64,000 nt of DNA from positions 33,049-97,048 of the forward strand of contig JAUCBJ010008839.1 in NCBI GenBank assembly GCA_032718475.1, read 5' to 3'. A program made the translations under genes and the position numbers. The notes beneath the pieces are model-generated. The model ran no database searches. It was not told the DNA's origin and was given only the letters and a program-made list of their open reading frames with translations. The number at the start of each line of letters is the position of its first letter. Within the stretch, counting starts at the first letter, position 1. Source of the stretch: Nemertoderma westbladi. Its lineage: Eukaryota; Animalia; Xenacoelomorpha. Below, in pieces: positions 28,069 through 40,090 of this stretch.

Positions 28069-29328
28069 GATCAATATACCGAATGTTACATTGATACCAT
28101 TCAGAGATTCAGTATCAATACAGTGCTGTCCTGGCACAAAGTTTCACATTCTACTTCATCAGGCTTCAGGTTAAGTTCAGGTGCTTCTAGTAAATAACTC
28201 CTCGCCAATTCGAAAATTGACAGTGTGGTTTAGTGCATAGCATATTTCCCATAATTTTGACAACTACTTGGTTCTCAATTTAAAATCTCAATTTATAAAA
28301 ATATTAATTTGTAATTGGATATTCTTAAATATTGGCAAATAATGATTTTTTTTAAAACTGCCTCAATTTCGGACTGGGCCAGTTCAATACACATATAATA
28401 ATAACAATAAGAATCATTATGCTTTAGAAAAAAAATACTTTCGAAAAAAAATAAAAAAAATATTGAAAAATACTTTCAAAATGAACCATGCTATCCAACA
28501 CGCTTATTCTCTCTGAGGACGCCAAAGAACTTGTTTGTGCACTGGCTGAATATAATGGTTGCTGCTGGTCCTTAAAGTAATGTGGAGGCCGGGAACGGTT
28601 CCGCTATATGGTATAATCGTGATTACGGGTAGGTGTGAATTAATTAACTTCACAGTGTACAACGCACGCTATTTCTTTTCGTCATGCGTCAATCTGTGTC
28701 CATTTCTGTTTACACAGATCACCTACAGTAGTTTTTAAGAATCGCCACAATCCATTCCACCCGCATGCGATATTAATATTCACACTTCAGCTAACCTTCT
28801 TAGAGGTTATTAGAGGCAGGTCGCAATCAAAAGCCGTGATTTAAACCAATTAAAGTATTGGGATTACAGGTAGATAGTTAGCATTATCTTAACCGGCCTG
28901 CAAAATGCTAATACAGTAATAAGGTTAACTGGCCAGGTTAATCTTATCTTAGGTGGTGTATATAGTTGTATCTAATCTGATGGCTTTAGTGTTTACGGTA
29001 GCGGTGCAAGTGGTATGATAAATCGGTATTGGGCTACAGTATATTTCATAATTCCTGTAATAATTAAAGGATTATTACAGGATTAGAACGAATGATTTAT
29101 TGTAGTGTAGAGGGAGTTATTGCGTATTTCTTACTTCAACTTTTATTATAAGAAGGGATCTAGGGGTCTTAACCTCGAATGATAAGTTTATTTTACCGAA
29201 AATAACTTATCTTTTATTGGCGCAATTGTACGACTAATCCCATCACATGCGTACTTTTTAACCGGGTAGTGTACAAATTTAGGAATCGCGTAATTTTTTC
29301 TTGAAATTAATATCTCATATCTCTCCAA

Positions 29329-29371
29329 ACCACGTACGCGTTTCGACCTTACTGGGTCTCATCAGCGTGGT
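29329..29371 (-). ncRNA. Minimal type I hammerhead ribozyme
   Basis: Minus strand: accacg CTGATGA gacc-cagtaa-ggtc GAAA cgcg TA cgtggt. This gives stem I accacg/cgtggt, an intact CUGAUGA and GAAA core, a 4-bp stem II, a palindromic ACGCGT stem III and a GUA cleavage triplet. Confidence 0.85.
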
Positions 29372-29430
29372 GTCGGATTCGAACCTGGGACCTCGAGGCG
29401 GAAGCCGAGACTACAACCACTAGGCCACCT
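29368..29430 (-). promoter_or_regulatory. tRNA-derived Pol III internal promoter (A and B boxes)
   Basis: Minus strand: ggTGGCCTAGTGGttgtagtctcggcttccgcctcgaggtcccaGGTTCGAATCCgacacca. It is not a complete cloverleaf. Confidence 0.75.
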
Positions 29431-29809
29431 AGGTTAAGACCCCTAGATCCCTTCTTATAATAAATGTATAATAACAAACACCTCGAAAAATACAGCTTGC
29501 CAACACATTGTTACTTCAACTTAACTTTTCTTACTGAAACTTCACTTTACTGTAAAATTTTGTGTGGTTGAAATTTTAATGAGTAATGTTTATTTTTAAC
29601 AAAAACAATCGTTTATTTCAACTGACATCCACTATAATAAAGGCTTGTATTTTATTTACATATCAATTTAATTAAAAAAAAACTTTTAATTTTTAATTAC
29701 TTCTAGTACGTTTATCTAACTCTAAAAAGGACAACAATTACAGTAGCTGTTTGTTTATAATGGGTAACTTTAAAACGAAAATAAGCCTGAAAGTTGAAAT
29801 TGTTTCGAA

Positions 29810-30368
29810 ACCTTTGTCTTGGAAAGAAAGTCAGAACGGAACCTTAAGATTCTATTATTTATCCGTATGGCAGCAGTAGTTCCAGTACTCCTCTATGGGA
29901 GTCCATGCTGGGCTCTAACTGCAGAGGATACCAAATCTCTGGGTGGCATTTCACAAAAATGCTGCGCCGGGTTCATTGTGTCAAGTACAATGAACACATC
30001 TCCAATCACACTCTATACAGTACAACATTGGATGTGTTCCATTAATCTCCCCTAGCTTGACACTTGAACGACGGAACCACCTCCGCTTTGCAGGACATTG
30101 CTTTCGCCGTGAGGACCAGCCAGTGCATAATCTTGTACTTTGGCAGCCTTATGGAGTAACAAGCATGGTGGACAGCCCATGACTTTCTTGAGACGCATCT
30201 TAAAGGACACTGGCCTTGAAGATGCGGATGATCTAGCAAATGTCATTGGTAATAGGGAGATGTGGCGGCGCAATTTTGTCGTCAATCTGGGACAGCATTC
30301 TTAATATATATGTAATATAAATAATGCAGTTGCGATGCAGAATGCCGATCGTAGTAGTAGTAGTAGTA
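29810..30368 (+). mobile_element. RTE-clade LINE 3' fragment with (TAG)n tail
   Basis: LKI..AAVVPVLLYGSPCWALT, RRNHLRFAGHCFR..VHNLVLWQP; ends gatgcagaatgccgatcgtagtagtagtagtag. Confidence 0.8.
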
Positions 30369-30601
30369 ACCTCAACAAATAATTTTTTTTATTATGATTA
30401 AAGTGAAATACCAACAGTTTTTACTGGTTCGGGCAACTGCAAAGACTCTAATTTGCTACAACAAATATACATTCTGAGTGTGTAGATGATTTTTTTTGAA
30501 ATTTTGTTTAAAATTTATCTAAATTTAATCTAATAGTTATCTTTTGATCTAATACAGATGTTATATAATTTAATAATAATAATTTTGTCACTTATTCGCA
30601 G

Positions 30602-30824
30602 GAGAATGAGTTGCATGTAGCTAATACTGTAACGGTCGATGGAGATATGATCATGAATTCTCGTCAGTACAGGAAGTTTCGTAGCATGTTGGACAACGAC
30701 GAACCAGATCAGCATTCCGATGCCCTGAGTCATACGGATAAGATGAGTAAACGGAAGGGAACGGAAGACCTGACAACACGTTGGCCGCAAGGGAAAGTTC
30801 CGTATAGGATAAACCCAATACTAA
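30602..30824 (+). CDS. Astacin exon 4 (prodomain end and catalytic domain start)
   Basis: ttcgcag|ENELHVANTVTVDGDMIMN (EGDI-like Asp-switch) ..MSKRKG (basic cleavage site) ..TRWPQGKVPYRI..|gtaagt, phase 0-1. Confidence 0.9.
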
Positions 30825-31494
30825 GTAAGTTGGAATGCAGCACTGGCATGTTTCCGATCCTAAAATCAGATAGGGGGACTCTGGACCCGGTCAAAATTCA
30901 ACCCTCTCCAGGGGATGGTTATTGGAAGCATTTAGCGAGAACTCAAAATATTAAAATATAAGATAATAGTGGGGTAATGAAATAAGAAACCTAGATAATC
31001 AATATTCTTTTAAATCTCCAATTAAATCTCACCTCCTTTTTCAATGTAAAAATAGGTACAATAGTCCTACAGTAAGTTATTAGTTTAATACAGTAACTTA
31101 CTATATAAAGTAAATTACGTTTTATAAATTGTGCTTTACATTCAGGTATTGTACTGTACAGTTACATCTTTATCGCTGAGTCGAAGTATTGTCTCGGTCT
31201 TGAGGTTGAAGTTGTAAATAGTGTAATTAAGTTTTATATTGGTTTTAGGTTAGTGCAGTGAAATTGTGTAATGTTGCATATGTAACCAAGTAACGTAACC
31301 TTGGAAATAAGCTGCAAAGTTTTAGAGGTGTTCCTATATGTTATGTTGGACAATACCTATATACATTGATGGTGTATTTGTTATCGTTATTACATTCTAT
31401 AAATAAATCAACTGTATCTATACAGTACATTATTGGAGAACGGTTATCATGGATTGCTTTACTTTATGAAAATTCACGCGAATATAATGTAATA

Positions 31495-33043
31495 CAGTAT
31501 GGTTAACAGACGTTTCGGTCTAAGACGTTTTGGCCTAGGACGTTTCGGCCCAATAAATGAAATACAAGATTTGCTTGTCGGACGTTTTGGCCCAAAGATT
31601 CACTTTACTCCCTTAAAATAAGCTATTAATAATAAGTTATTCAATATATTTGTTTTGTAGTTGTTACGTTCGTTACAAGAGGAGTTGTCAGTAGGAACTG
31701 CTCCGACACTGTTTGAAAGTCGTCAAGATCGAAGTTCTACATTATATTTATAAATAATAACTAATGTAATATTATTATTATTATTTATTAATATAAATTT
31801 ACACCATACTGTAACTTAGAACAAAGATAACATATGCTGACAAATTAACTTTAGTTAATACAGTTAGATAGTTAAAAGTAAGTAATAGTAAAGGTAATAG
31901 GTAAAGTAATAAAGGTAAAGTAATAGTTAAAAACATACGTATTTTAAAATGTGAGTCAATAAATAAAGTACATTAAAATACACCGAATTAAAATTATTAC
32001 TGTATTTTAATGTTAGACTTAAAAATATAATAGATAAGAAATATTCCATTAAAGGGGCATTGCTAATAATTATGAGACAGACTGGATGTCATATGGAATG
32101 AGATAAAATATATGCGTATTAAATTTAAATTTAGATGAAATATATGGTATTAAATTTAAATTTAGAGGAAATATATGCGTATTAAAAGGACAAGAGTGGA
32201 TGTGAAGTGAAATAAAATATGTATTAATAAAAGCATTATACGTCGTTATCTATGGGTATAAATTCATCTATCATCGAGATGAGAGTTATTGTTTCAACAG
32301 ATCATTAAGACATAGCTGCAACACACTGTCCAGCTACAAAAATTATCAATTGAGTAATGTTTAAAATGAATGAGCAAGCAAGCAAGCAAACAGTCGGCCG
32401 AAGCCGGAGGCGACCCGAAGGCTCCTCTTTCGATAGCTGCTACCCGAGGGTAGGGATGGGCGCTACTCCTATCCCAAGATTTGCTCCCAGTTATTTAACT
32501 GGTACTCATTTTATCGACCCCAGTGGATGAAAGGCTGAGTGGACCCTGGCGGGGCTGAACCTACAACCATAGATTGCAGGCCCGGCGCTCAACCAACTGA
32601 GCTACCCCGCCTTCGAAAAATTAATGAAGTATCTCCAAAATATATCGATCAGACGATATTTAAGCCCTAAATGGTTCGTGAAATTGATTCGCTTTTGTAG
32701 TTTATTAGCAATGTGGTACTCGGTACCAAAAGTTTTGTTCTGACTTGCATTTTTTCGGCCGCAAAACATAAATGGGGCAGAGCACCACATGCATAATGTT
32801 TATTTTATTTTGAAATAAATTAAATAGCCATTTCATGAAAGATATTTCATTAAGTTTTTGTATGTTATTGGTAAATAATTATAATTTTAATGAATAGTTA
32901 TTATCATATCAAACAAGTTGGCCTTTTCATTCGGTTACAGTCATGGGCCGAAACGTCCGGGCCGAATCGTCCGGGCCGAAATGTCCGGGCCGAAACGTCC
33001 TGGACCGAAACGTCCTAGGCCGAAACGTCTGTATACCGTACTG
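31495..33043. mobile_element. Non-autonomous DNA transposon with 15-bp subterminal repeats (GGACGTTTCGGCC)
   Basis: The left end cagtatggttaacagacgtttcggtctaagacgttttggcctaggacgtttcggccc is mirrored by gggccgaaacgtcc(x5)..ggccgaaacgtctgtataccgtactg; flanked by TA on both sides; contains a nested SINE. Confidence 0.75.
32373..32613 (-). mobile_element. tRNA-derived SINE, full length (copy 1)
   Basis: Reverse complement of the copy at 60912, with a (TTGC)n tail. Confidence 0.92.
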
Positions 33044-33476
33044 TATAATAGTGTATATCGCGGTACACTGGAACTTGTTTATGTAATCAACAAAAATAAT
33101 ATATTTCAAGCGCAAAATCCCTCGAATATCGTTTGTTTCACCAAGTTTGATGTTTCATTGGCTTCCGCTCGGGTGTCAGGTACGGCACCAGGTACCTCAG
33201 TCATTGCCCATTAATTACGGTTTGATTTGACGCGGGACACCAAGGTGTCCCACATTAACGTGCCTTTCCTGTAGTCCTAGCACCAACGCCTGAATTCAAG
33301 TAGTTTTAAATTTCACAATTAATTTCTTCGATAAAACACATATTTTTCTCGATATGCACGTACCCGTATCATTATAACATAAAAAGGAATCATATATGTG
33401 CAAACCTGAGGTACTAACGCCCACGAATATACTGTATCATAGAAAATAGATAAATATATTTTTGATTATTTTGTAA

Positions 33477-34356
33477 TATAATAATAATAATATATATTTA
33501 TTTATATAGCGCCAAATTTACATCATTTACGTACTCTAAGGCGCTGACAACACATACAGTAATACACAGTAATTAATAGTTCGTGACTGCAATGGCAATA
33601 GTTATGAGATAAAATCAACTAAATTAATGTAGTAATAAAAAACCAACAATAAAAACATCATAAAATATAGTAAAAACAAACAATAAAAACGATCATCGCA
33701 GATATTCCAATCTTACGGGTTAAGTTAACTAGTAATTAATGGCAATAGTTGTGAAATAAAATTATCCAATTAATTAATTAAAAAAATGTCAGTCGTCCAT
33801 AAAAACAAATAAATAAATGTTTAGTTTAGATTTAACTTCATAGGCACTGCGTAATATAAGACACTAGTTCACGTGGTATTCCAGATTGTATAGGTGAGTT
33901 TTTAGACGTTTCTTAAAAATGCCCACATTCAATGATTCGCGTATGGCCGGAGGCAATGCGTTCCATACGGTTGGAGCAGCAATGGAGAACGATCGCCTAC
34001 CATAATGTTCCGTATTGTAGCGAGGGGCCACGAGTAAACCCAGCCCGCTGGATCGCATCTCGTGGATGGGTATGTACGGAGTTAGTAAGTCGCTTAGATA
34101 CTTCGGGGCACAGTTATTTACGCATTTCCAAGTTAGCAAGGCAATTTTAAAGTCGATACGGCGAACTATAGGTAACCAGTGCAATGCTTTTAGGGTTGAA
34201 GTTATATGGTCCCTCTTCTTTACACCACATAGAAGTCGAGCCGCGGAGTTTTGAACGTACTGTAGTTTCTGAATGTACTTTTTTGGCAGACCGTAGTAGA
34301 GAGAAATATTGGCGTCAAGCTTTGATGTGACAAGTGCGTGTATAAGTATTTCCATG
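33477..34356 (-). mobile_element. 5'-truncated L2/CR1-group LINE (ORF2 C-terminus, 3' UTR and (ATT)n tail)
   Basis: LIHALVTSKLD..KLQYVQNSAARLL..HITSTLKALHWLPI..FKIALLTWK..RSFSIAAPTVWNALP..FKKRLKTHL; 3' end ggcgctatataaataaa..tattattatt. Confidence 0.9.
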
Positions 34357-35099
34357 TTTTGTTTACGATGTTTTCTTCATGTTTTAATATACGATTAAGA
34401 ACTCAAAAGGTTATTATCACTCGGTGATATCTGTCTGTGAGTAACATAATCGGTATAATGTTACTCAATTTGCATAATTTTTAAATCTTAATTAAAACTA
34501 AAAACATAAATGTTTCGTTATCGAAAACAGTATTTCTCCCAAGCACACACCCCCCGCCCCCCCCCCCCCCACCCCCCCCACCCCCCCCCCCCCACCCCCC
34601 CCCCCCCCCCCCCCAATCCCAATACAAACTACTCATCCTAAAACAACATCGAAAGATCACAGAAAGCTAAGGATTTATCATCGTCCCCAACAGCAAACTT
34701 TATTCTCAACAGCCCCATCTCAAAGGGAAATAGAAGAGGTGCACATTAAAATAACGGTGCCGGTGCTGCTACTACAAAATGTATCTACCGAGCCAGCTTG
34801 TCATCATAAAATTAGGAATATCTCCAAAGAATACCAATGAATTGCAGCATGCCTTGTAAGGAATATAGGATTACCCAAATCAACTAATTTTACTCCAGGG
34901 GACAAAGTCATTAAATTTCTTTATATGACTGACTAACTTCCTGTTCGAACGAGGTGAGTGCTTGGGAAATATGTTTGTGTGCCTGGGGCGTATGAAGAGA
35001 ATGCTGCGCCCAGGTGGGAATACATATTATCCCACCTCCCCCTCCCCTCCCCCACACAATCCCTGTAAATATATGAATTTCACTACACTCAAAACACCA

Positions 35100-35232
35100 T
35101 CTCCTCAAAATACTGCTGATATGAATAATTGTCATGGGTGATAGGGAGTTGTGGCGGCGCAATTTTGTCGACAAGACGGCACAGCATTCTTAAAAATGCA
35201 GCTGCAATGCAGCATGCCGATCTTAGTAGTAG
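35100..35232 (+). mobile_element. RTE LINE extreme 3' end
   Basis: gtcatgggtgatagggagttgtggcggcgcaattttgtcgac..cagcattcttaa..gccgatcttagtagtag matches 30242-30367. Confidence 0.75.
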
Positions 35233-35388
35233 CTGATATGAAAACTGATTCTCAACTCAAGGATTTGAAGGGTCATTCATACGAATCATACCTCATACAA
35301 CTAACTCTAAACTCTAGGGTTTAATAGTAAAGGCGGAATCGTATAGTTATATACTTTTTATGACTAATAAAAATCTTTAAAATTTCAG

Positions 35389-35557
35389 GTGCAGCTCATA
35401 AGGCCGCCATTAAGGAAGCTATTGACCATTGGCAAGAGAAAACCTGTATCCGATTCCAGAGGAAGATGGACTACCCAACACTTACCGAAGAAGGAGAACA
35501 GCTTAGGGAGTTAGGGCACATAAACTACCTCAACTTTACCACTGCCCCAAGTCAAAG
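35389..35557 (+). CDS. Astacin exon 5
   Basis: tttcag|AAHKAAIKEAIDHWQEKTCIRF..HINYLNFT..|gtaaac, phase 1-2; W-x3-TCIRF astacin motif. Confidence 0.92.
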
Positions 35558-35858
35558 GTAAACAAACTACTTGGTAGGGAAAACATAGTTGATCCTGAAC
35601 AGAAATTGATTTTTATATATGTTCATACACTGTAGGTGTGTAGATGTGAAACGCTATGGTCAATACGATGTGAGTAGATCATTTACTAACATTTATTAAC
35701 ATAATTAACACGTATGAAGGCGGGGAAGCTCAGTTGGTTGAGCGCTGGGTCTGCAATCTTTTGGCTGTAGGTTCGAGCCCCGCCAGTGTCCCCTCAGTCT
35801 TTCATCCAATGGGGTTGATAAAATGAGGACAAGTATAATTACTGTGAGCAAAACTTGG

Positions 35859-38800
35859 GATAGGAGTAGCGCCCATCCCTACCTACAGGTAGTAGATAGG
35901 AGTAGCGCCCACCCCCTACCCTCGGGTAGCAGATAGGAGTAGCGCCCACCCCTACCCTCGGGTATCAGATATGAGTAGCGCCCATCCCTACCTACAGGTA
36001 GTAGATAGGAGTAGCGCCCACCCCCTACCCTCGGGTAGCAGATAGGAGTAGCGCCCACCCCTACCCTCGGATAGCAGATAGGAGTAGCGCCCACCCCTAC
36101 CTTCGGGTAGCAGATAGGAGTAGCGCCCACCCCCTACCTTCGGGTAGCAGATAGGAGTAGCGCCCACCCCTACCCTCGGGTATCAGATATGAGTAGCGCC
36201 CATCCCTACCTACAGGTAGTAGATAGGAGTAGCGCCCACCCCCTACCCTCGGGTAGCAGATAGGAGTAGCGCCCACCCCTACCCTCGGGTATCAGATATG
36301 AGTAGCGCCCATCCCTACCTACAGGTAGTAGATAGGAGTAGCGCCCACCCCCTACCCTCGGGTAGCAGATAGGAGTAGCGCCCACCCCTACCCTCGGATA
36401 GCAGATAGGAGTAGCGCCCACCCCTACCTTCGGGTAGCAGATAGGAGTAGCGCCCACCCCCTACCTTCGGGTAGCAGATAGGAGTAGCGCCCACCCCCTA
36501 CCCTCGGGTAGCAGATAGGATTAGCGCCCACCCCCTACCCTCGGGTAGCAGATAGGAGTAGCGCCCACCCCTACCCTCGGGTAGCAAATAGGAGTAGCGC
36601 CCACCCCTACCCTCGGGTAGCAGATATGAGTAGCGCCCACCCCTACCTTCGGGTAGCAGATAGGAGTAGCGAACCACCCCTACCTTCGGGTAGCAGATAG
36701 GAGTAGCGCCCACCCCTGCCTTCGTGTAGCAAATGGGAGTAGCGCCCACCCCATGCCCTCGGGTAGCAGATAGGAGTAGCGCCCACTCCCTACCCTCGGG
36801 TAGCAGATAGGAGTAGCGCCCACCCCTACCCTCGGGTAGCAGATATGAGTAGCGCCCACCCCCTACCCTCGGGTAGCAGATAGGAGTAGCGCCCACCCCT
36901 ACCCTCGGGTAGCAAATAGGAGTAGCGCCCACCCCATGCCCTCGGGTAGCAGATAGGAGTAGCGCCCACCCCTACCTTCGGGTAGCAGATAGGAGTAGCG
37001 AACCACCCCTACCTTCGGGTAGCAGATATGAGTAGCGCCCACCCCTACCCTCGGGTATCAGATATGAGTAGCGCCCATCCCTACCTACAGGTAGTAGATA
37101 GGAGTAGCGCCCACTCCCTACCCTCGGGTAGCAGATAGGAGTAGCGCCCACCCCTACCCTCGGGTAGCAGATATGAGTAGCGCCCACCCCCTACCCTCGG
37201 GTAGCAGATAGGAGTAGCGCCCACCCCTACCCTCGGGTAGCAAATAGGAGTAGCGCCCACCCCATGCCCTCGGGTAGCAGATAGGAGTAGCGCCCACCCC
37301 TACCTTCGGGTAGCCTATATGAGTAGCGCCCACCCCTACCTTCGAGTAGCAGATGGGAGTAGCGCCCACCCCCTACCCTTGGGTATCAGATAGGAGTAGC
37401 GCCCACCCCTACCCTCGGGTAGCAAATAGGAGTAGCGCCCACCCCATGCCCTCGGGTAGCAGATAGGAGTAGCGCCCACCCCTACCTTCGGGTAGCAGAT
37501 AGGAGTAGCGCCCACCCCTACCTTCGGATAGCAGATATGAGTAGCGCCCACCCCTACCTTCGAGTACCAGATGGGAGTAGCGCCCACCCCCTACCCTTGG
37601 GTATCAGATAGGAGTAGCGCCCACCCCTACCCTCGGGTATCAGATATGAGTAGCGCCCACCCCTACCTTCGGGTAGCAGATATGAGTAGCGCCCAGCCCT
37701 ACCTTCGAGTAGCAGATGGGAGTAGCGCCCACCCCCTACCCTTGGGTATCAGATAGGAGTAGCGCCCACCCCTACCCTCGGTTAGCAAATAGGAGTAGCG
37801 CCCACCCCATGCCCTCGGGTAGCAGATAGGAGTAGCGCCCACCCCTACCTTCGGGTAGCAGATAGGAGTAGCGCCCACCCCTACCTTCGGATAGCAGATA
37901 TGAGTAGCGCCCACCCCTACCTTCGAGTAGCAGATGGGAGTAGCGCCCACCCCCTACCCTTGGGTATCAGATAGGAGTAGCGCCCACCCCTACCCTCGGG
38001 TATCAGATATGAGTAGCGCCCACCCCTACCTTCGGGTAGCAGATAGGAGTAGCGCCCACCCCTACCTTCGAGTAGCAGATGGGAGTAGCGCCCACCCCTA
38101 CCCTCGGGTATCAGATATGAGTAGCGCCCACCCCTACCCTCGGGTATCAGATATGAGTAGCGCCCACCCCTACCTTCGGGTATCAGATATGAGTAGCGCC
38201 CACCCCTACCCTCGGGTATCAGATATGAGTAGCGCCCACCCCTACCCTCGGGTATCAGATATGAGTAGCGCCCACCCCTACCCTCGGGTATCAGATATGA
38301 GTAGCGCCCACCCCTACCTTCGAGTAGCAGATGGGAGTAGCGCCCACCCCTACCCTCGGGTATCAGATATGAGTAGCGCCCACCCCTACCCTCGGGTATC
38401 AGATATGAGTAGCGCCCACCCCTACCTTCGGGTAGGAGATAGGAGTAGCGCCCACCCCCTACCCTCGGGTATCAGATAGGAGTAGCGCCCACCCCCTACC
38501 CTCGGGTAACTGTGAGCGTATTCAATTCCGCCTCACTTAACCCCCATAAAGTGGGAAAGAGCGCCTCTAAGCAATATTGGGAGCACGAGGTTGATTACCA
38601 ATCAACCTCGTGTCACCCCAGTAAACGGGGACAATAGGCCCCAGAGAACACACACACAATAGGGGTCAGGGGTTACACCCCTGAGAGAGAGGAAAGTAAC
38701 AGCAGCGGGGGGGGGGGGGGGGGAAACACCCCCGCAGGGCAGAGGGTGTGAAATAGGGTTATTAGCCAATGGGTGGAAAGCATCGACTGAGTAACACCAC

Positions 38801-39502
38801 GTGGCCAACCGTGCAATATATATTACCAGTAATCATGTTATCCCATTCACTCTTAGTTAGTCAGTTAGTTAGGGTGGTACGGGAACTCTTAACACCGTCC
38901 CCGTCCACTGCTATCAGCATATCTTATTCAGTGCATTACCGGTACTTATTCACCTGTGCTTATTTCCATCTTATCTATATATCTATACATACACGGATCA
39001 ACATCAGAACTCTTTCAGCCTTTTCACATACACGGCGGGGACGCGTAGTCAAGATAACCGGATAAACTGGGATCCTCGGTGGATCCCGTCACAGTAACAG
39101 ATAGGAGTAGCGCCCACCCCTACCTTTGGGTAGCAGATATGAGTAGCGCCCACCCCTACCTTTGGGTAGCAGATATGAGTAGCGCCCACCCCTACCTTTG
39201 GGTAGCAGATATGAGTAGCGCCCACCCCTACCTTTGGGTAGCAGATACGAGTAGCGCCCACCCCTACCTTCGGGTAGCTGATATGAGTAGCGCCCACCCC
39301 TACCTTCGGGTAGCAGTAGCAGATATGAGTAGCGCATCACCCCTACCTTCGGATAGCAGATATGAGTAGCGCCCACCCCTACCCTCGGGTAGCAAATAGG
39401 AGTAGCGCCCACCACCTACCCTCGGGTAACAGATAGGTGTAGCGCCAACCCCCACCTTAGGGTAGCAGATAGGAGTAGAGCCTACCCCAACCTTCAGGTA
39501 GC
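35859..39502. repeat. 36/37-bp minisatellite derived from the SINE body, ~80-85 copies
   Basis: Unit gataggagtagcgcccacccctaccctcgggtagca occurs once in the intact SINE copies; interrupted at 38511-39093. Confidence 0.98.
38511..39093. mobile_element. Solo LTR (583 bp), TGTGA...TCACA, 5-bp TSD GTAAC
   Basis: gtaac|tgtgagcg ... cgtcaca|gtaac inserted within one repeat unit. Confidence 0.85.
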
Positions 39503-40014
39503 AGCTATCGAAAGAGGAGCCTTCGGGTCGCCTCCGGCCTCGGCCGACTGTTTGCTTTTATTTTTTTGTTAACAAACTTTGTGATGCCATTTTCCCAATC
39601 GGTCACTATGGCTAACTTGTAAAACCGCGCATCTCCCTGTAGAAACAACATCATAAATATAGAGACAGTGACACCCCCGAAACGGCCAACCGGTACATTA
39701 TCTCGCTCTATGGCGTCCGTCAATAAATATGATGGACAGCAAGGTGTGTAGACGCGTACTTGCAAGAGATTCTTAAGAATGCAAGCCTAGAGGTCTGATG
39801 GCAGTTTGAGCTTGTATATCTAACAAAGTGATGTGACGACGCATTGGTTCTACGTAGTAGCGGTACACCTGGAATGGGTTCTACGAGTAGAGGTACATTT
39901 GTAATGCCACTATAAAGGTGAACGCCGTTATATTAATGAATAAATTCATTAACTCATTATTTACTGTTCATATCCTGTTTTGAATATTAATTATTTTTGT
40001 GTTTTGTATTTTAG

Positions 40015-40090
40015 TTGCGGATCGGAAGTTGGATTTAATGAGATGCAGTTCTCCGGCCACAGCATTTTCCTTGGCGATGAATGCGAATAT
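40015..40090 (+). CDS. Astacin exon 6
   Basis: ttttag|CGSEVGFNEMQFSGHSIFLGDECEY|gtaagt, phase 2-0; CxSxVG and LGxxC motifs. Confidence 0.9.

Larger units (their letters stand above)
29143..29510 (-). mobile_element. Short non-autonomous retroelement with tRNA-like head, hammerhead ribozyme, internal inverted repeat and 12-bp TSD
   Basis: ttacttcaactt direct repeats at 29131-29142 and 29511-29522; inverted repeat ttattataagaagggatctaggggtcttaacct (29143-29174) / aggttaagacccctagatcccttcttataataa (29431-29463). Confidence 0.75.
35717..39556 (+). mobile_element. tRNA-derived SINE (copy 2) with an internally expanded 36-bp array
   Basis: SINE head at 35717-35858 and SINE tail gctatcgaaagaggagccttcgggtcgcctccgg..tttgc at 39503-39556, with the array between them. 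Confidence 0.92.

Noticed and set aside
28135-28165. Second hammerhead-like CTGATGA...GAAAC on the minus strand (also CTGATGA at 5932)
   Set aside because: There is no credible stem II or stem I pairing, and the 5932 site lacks GAAA.
29368-29430. tRNA gene (also the SINE heads at 32613, 35717 and 60912)
   Set aside because: A/B boxes are present but acceptor or T stems are incomplete, and each is embedded in a repeat element.
34553-34615. Poly-C tract (and poly-G at 3848 and 38707) as G-quadruplex elements
   Set aside because: These are homopolymer runs of uncertain assembled length with no further supporting structure.
35879-39415. Multiple short repetitive ORFs
   Set aside because: They are artefacts of the 36-bp SINE-derived array.
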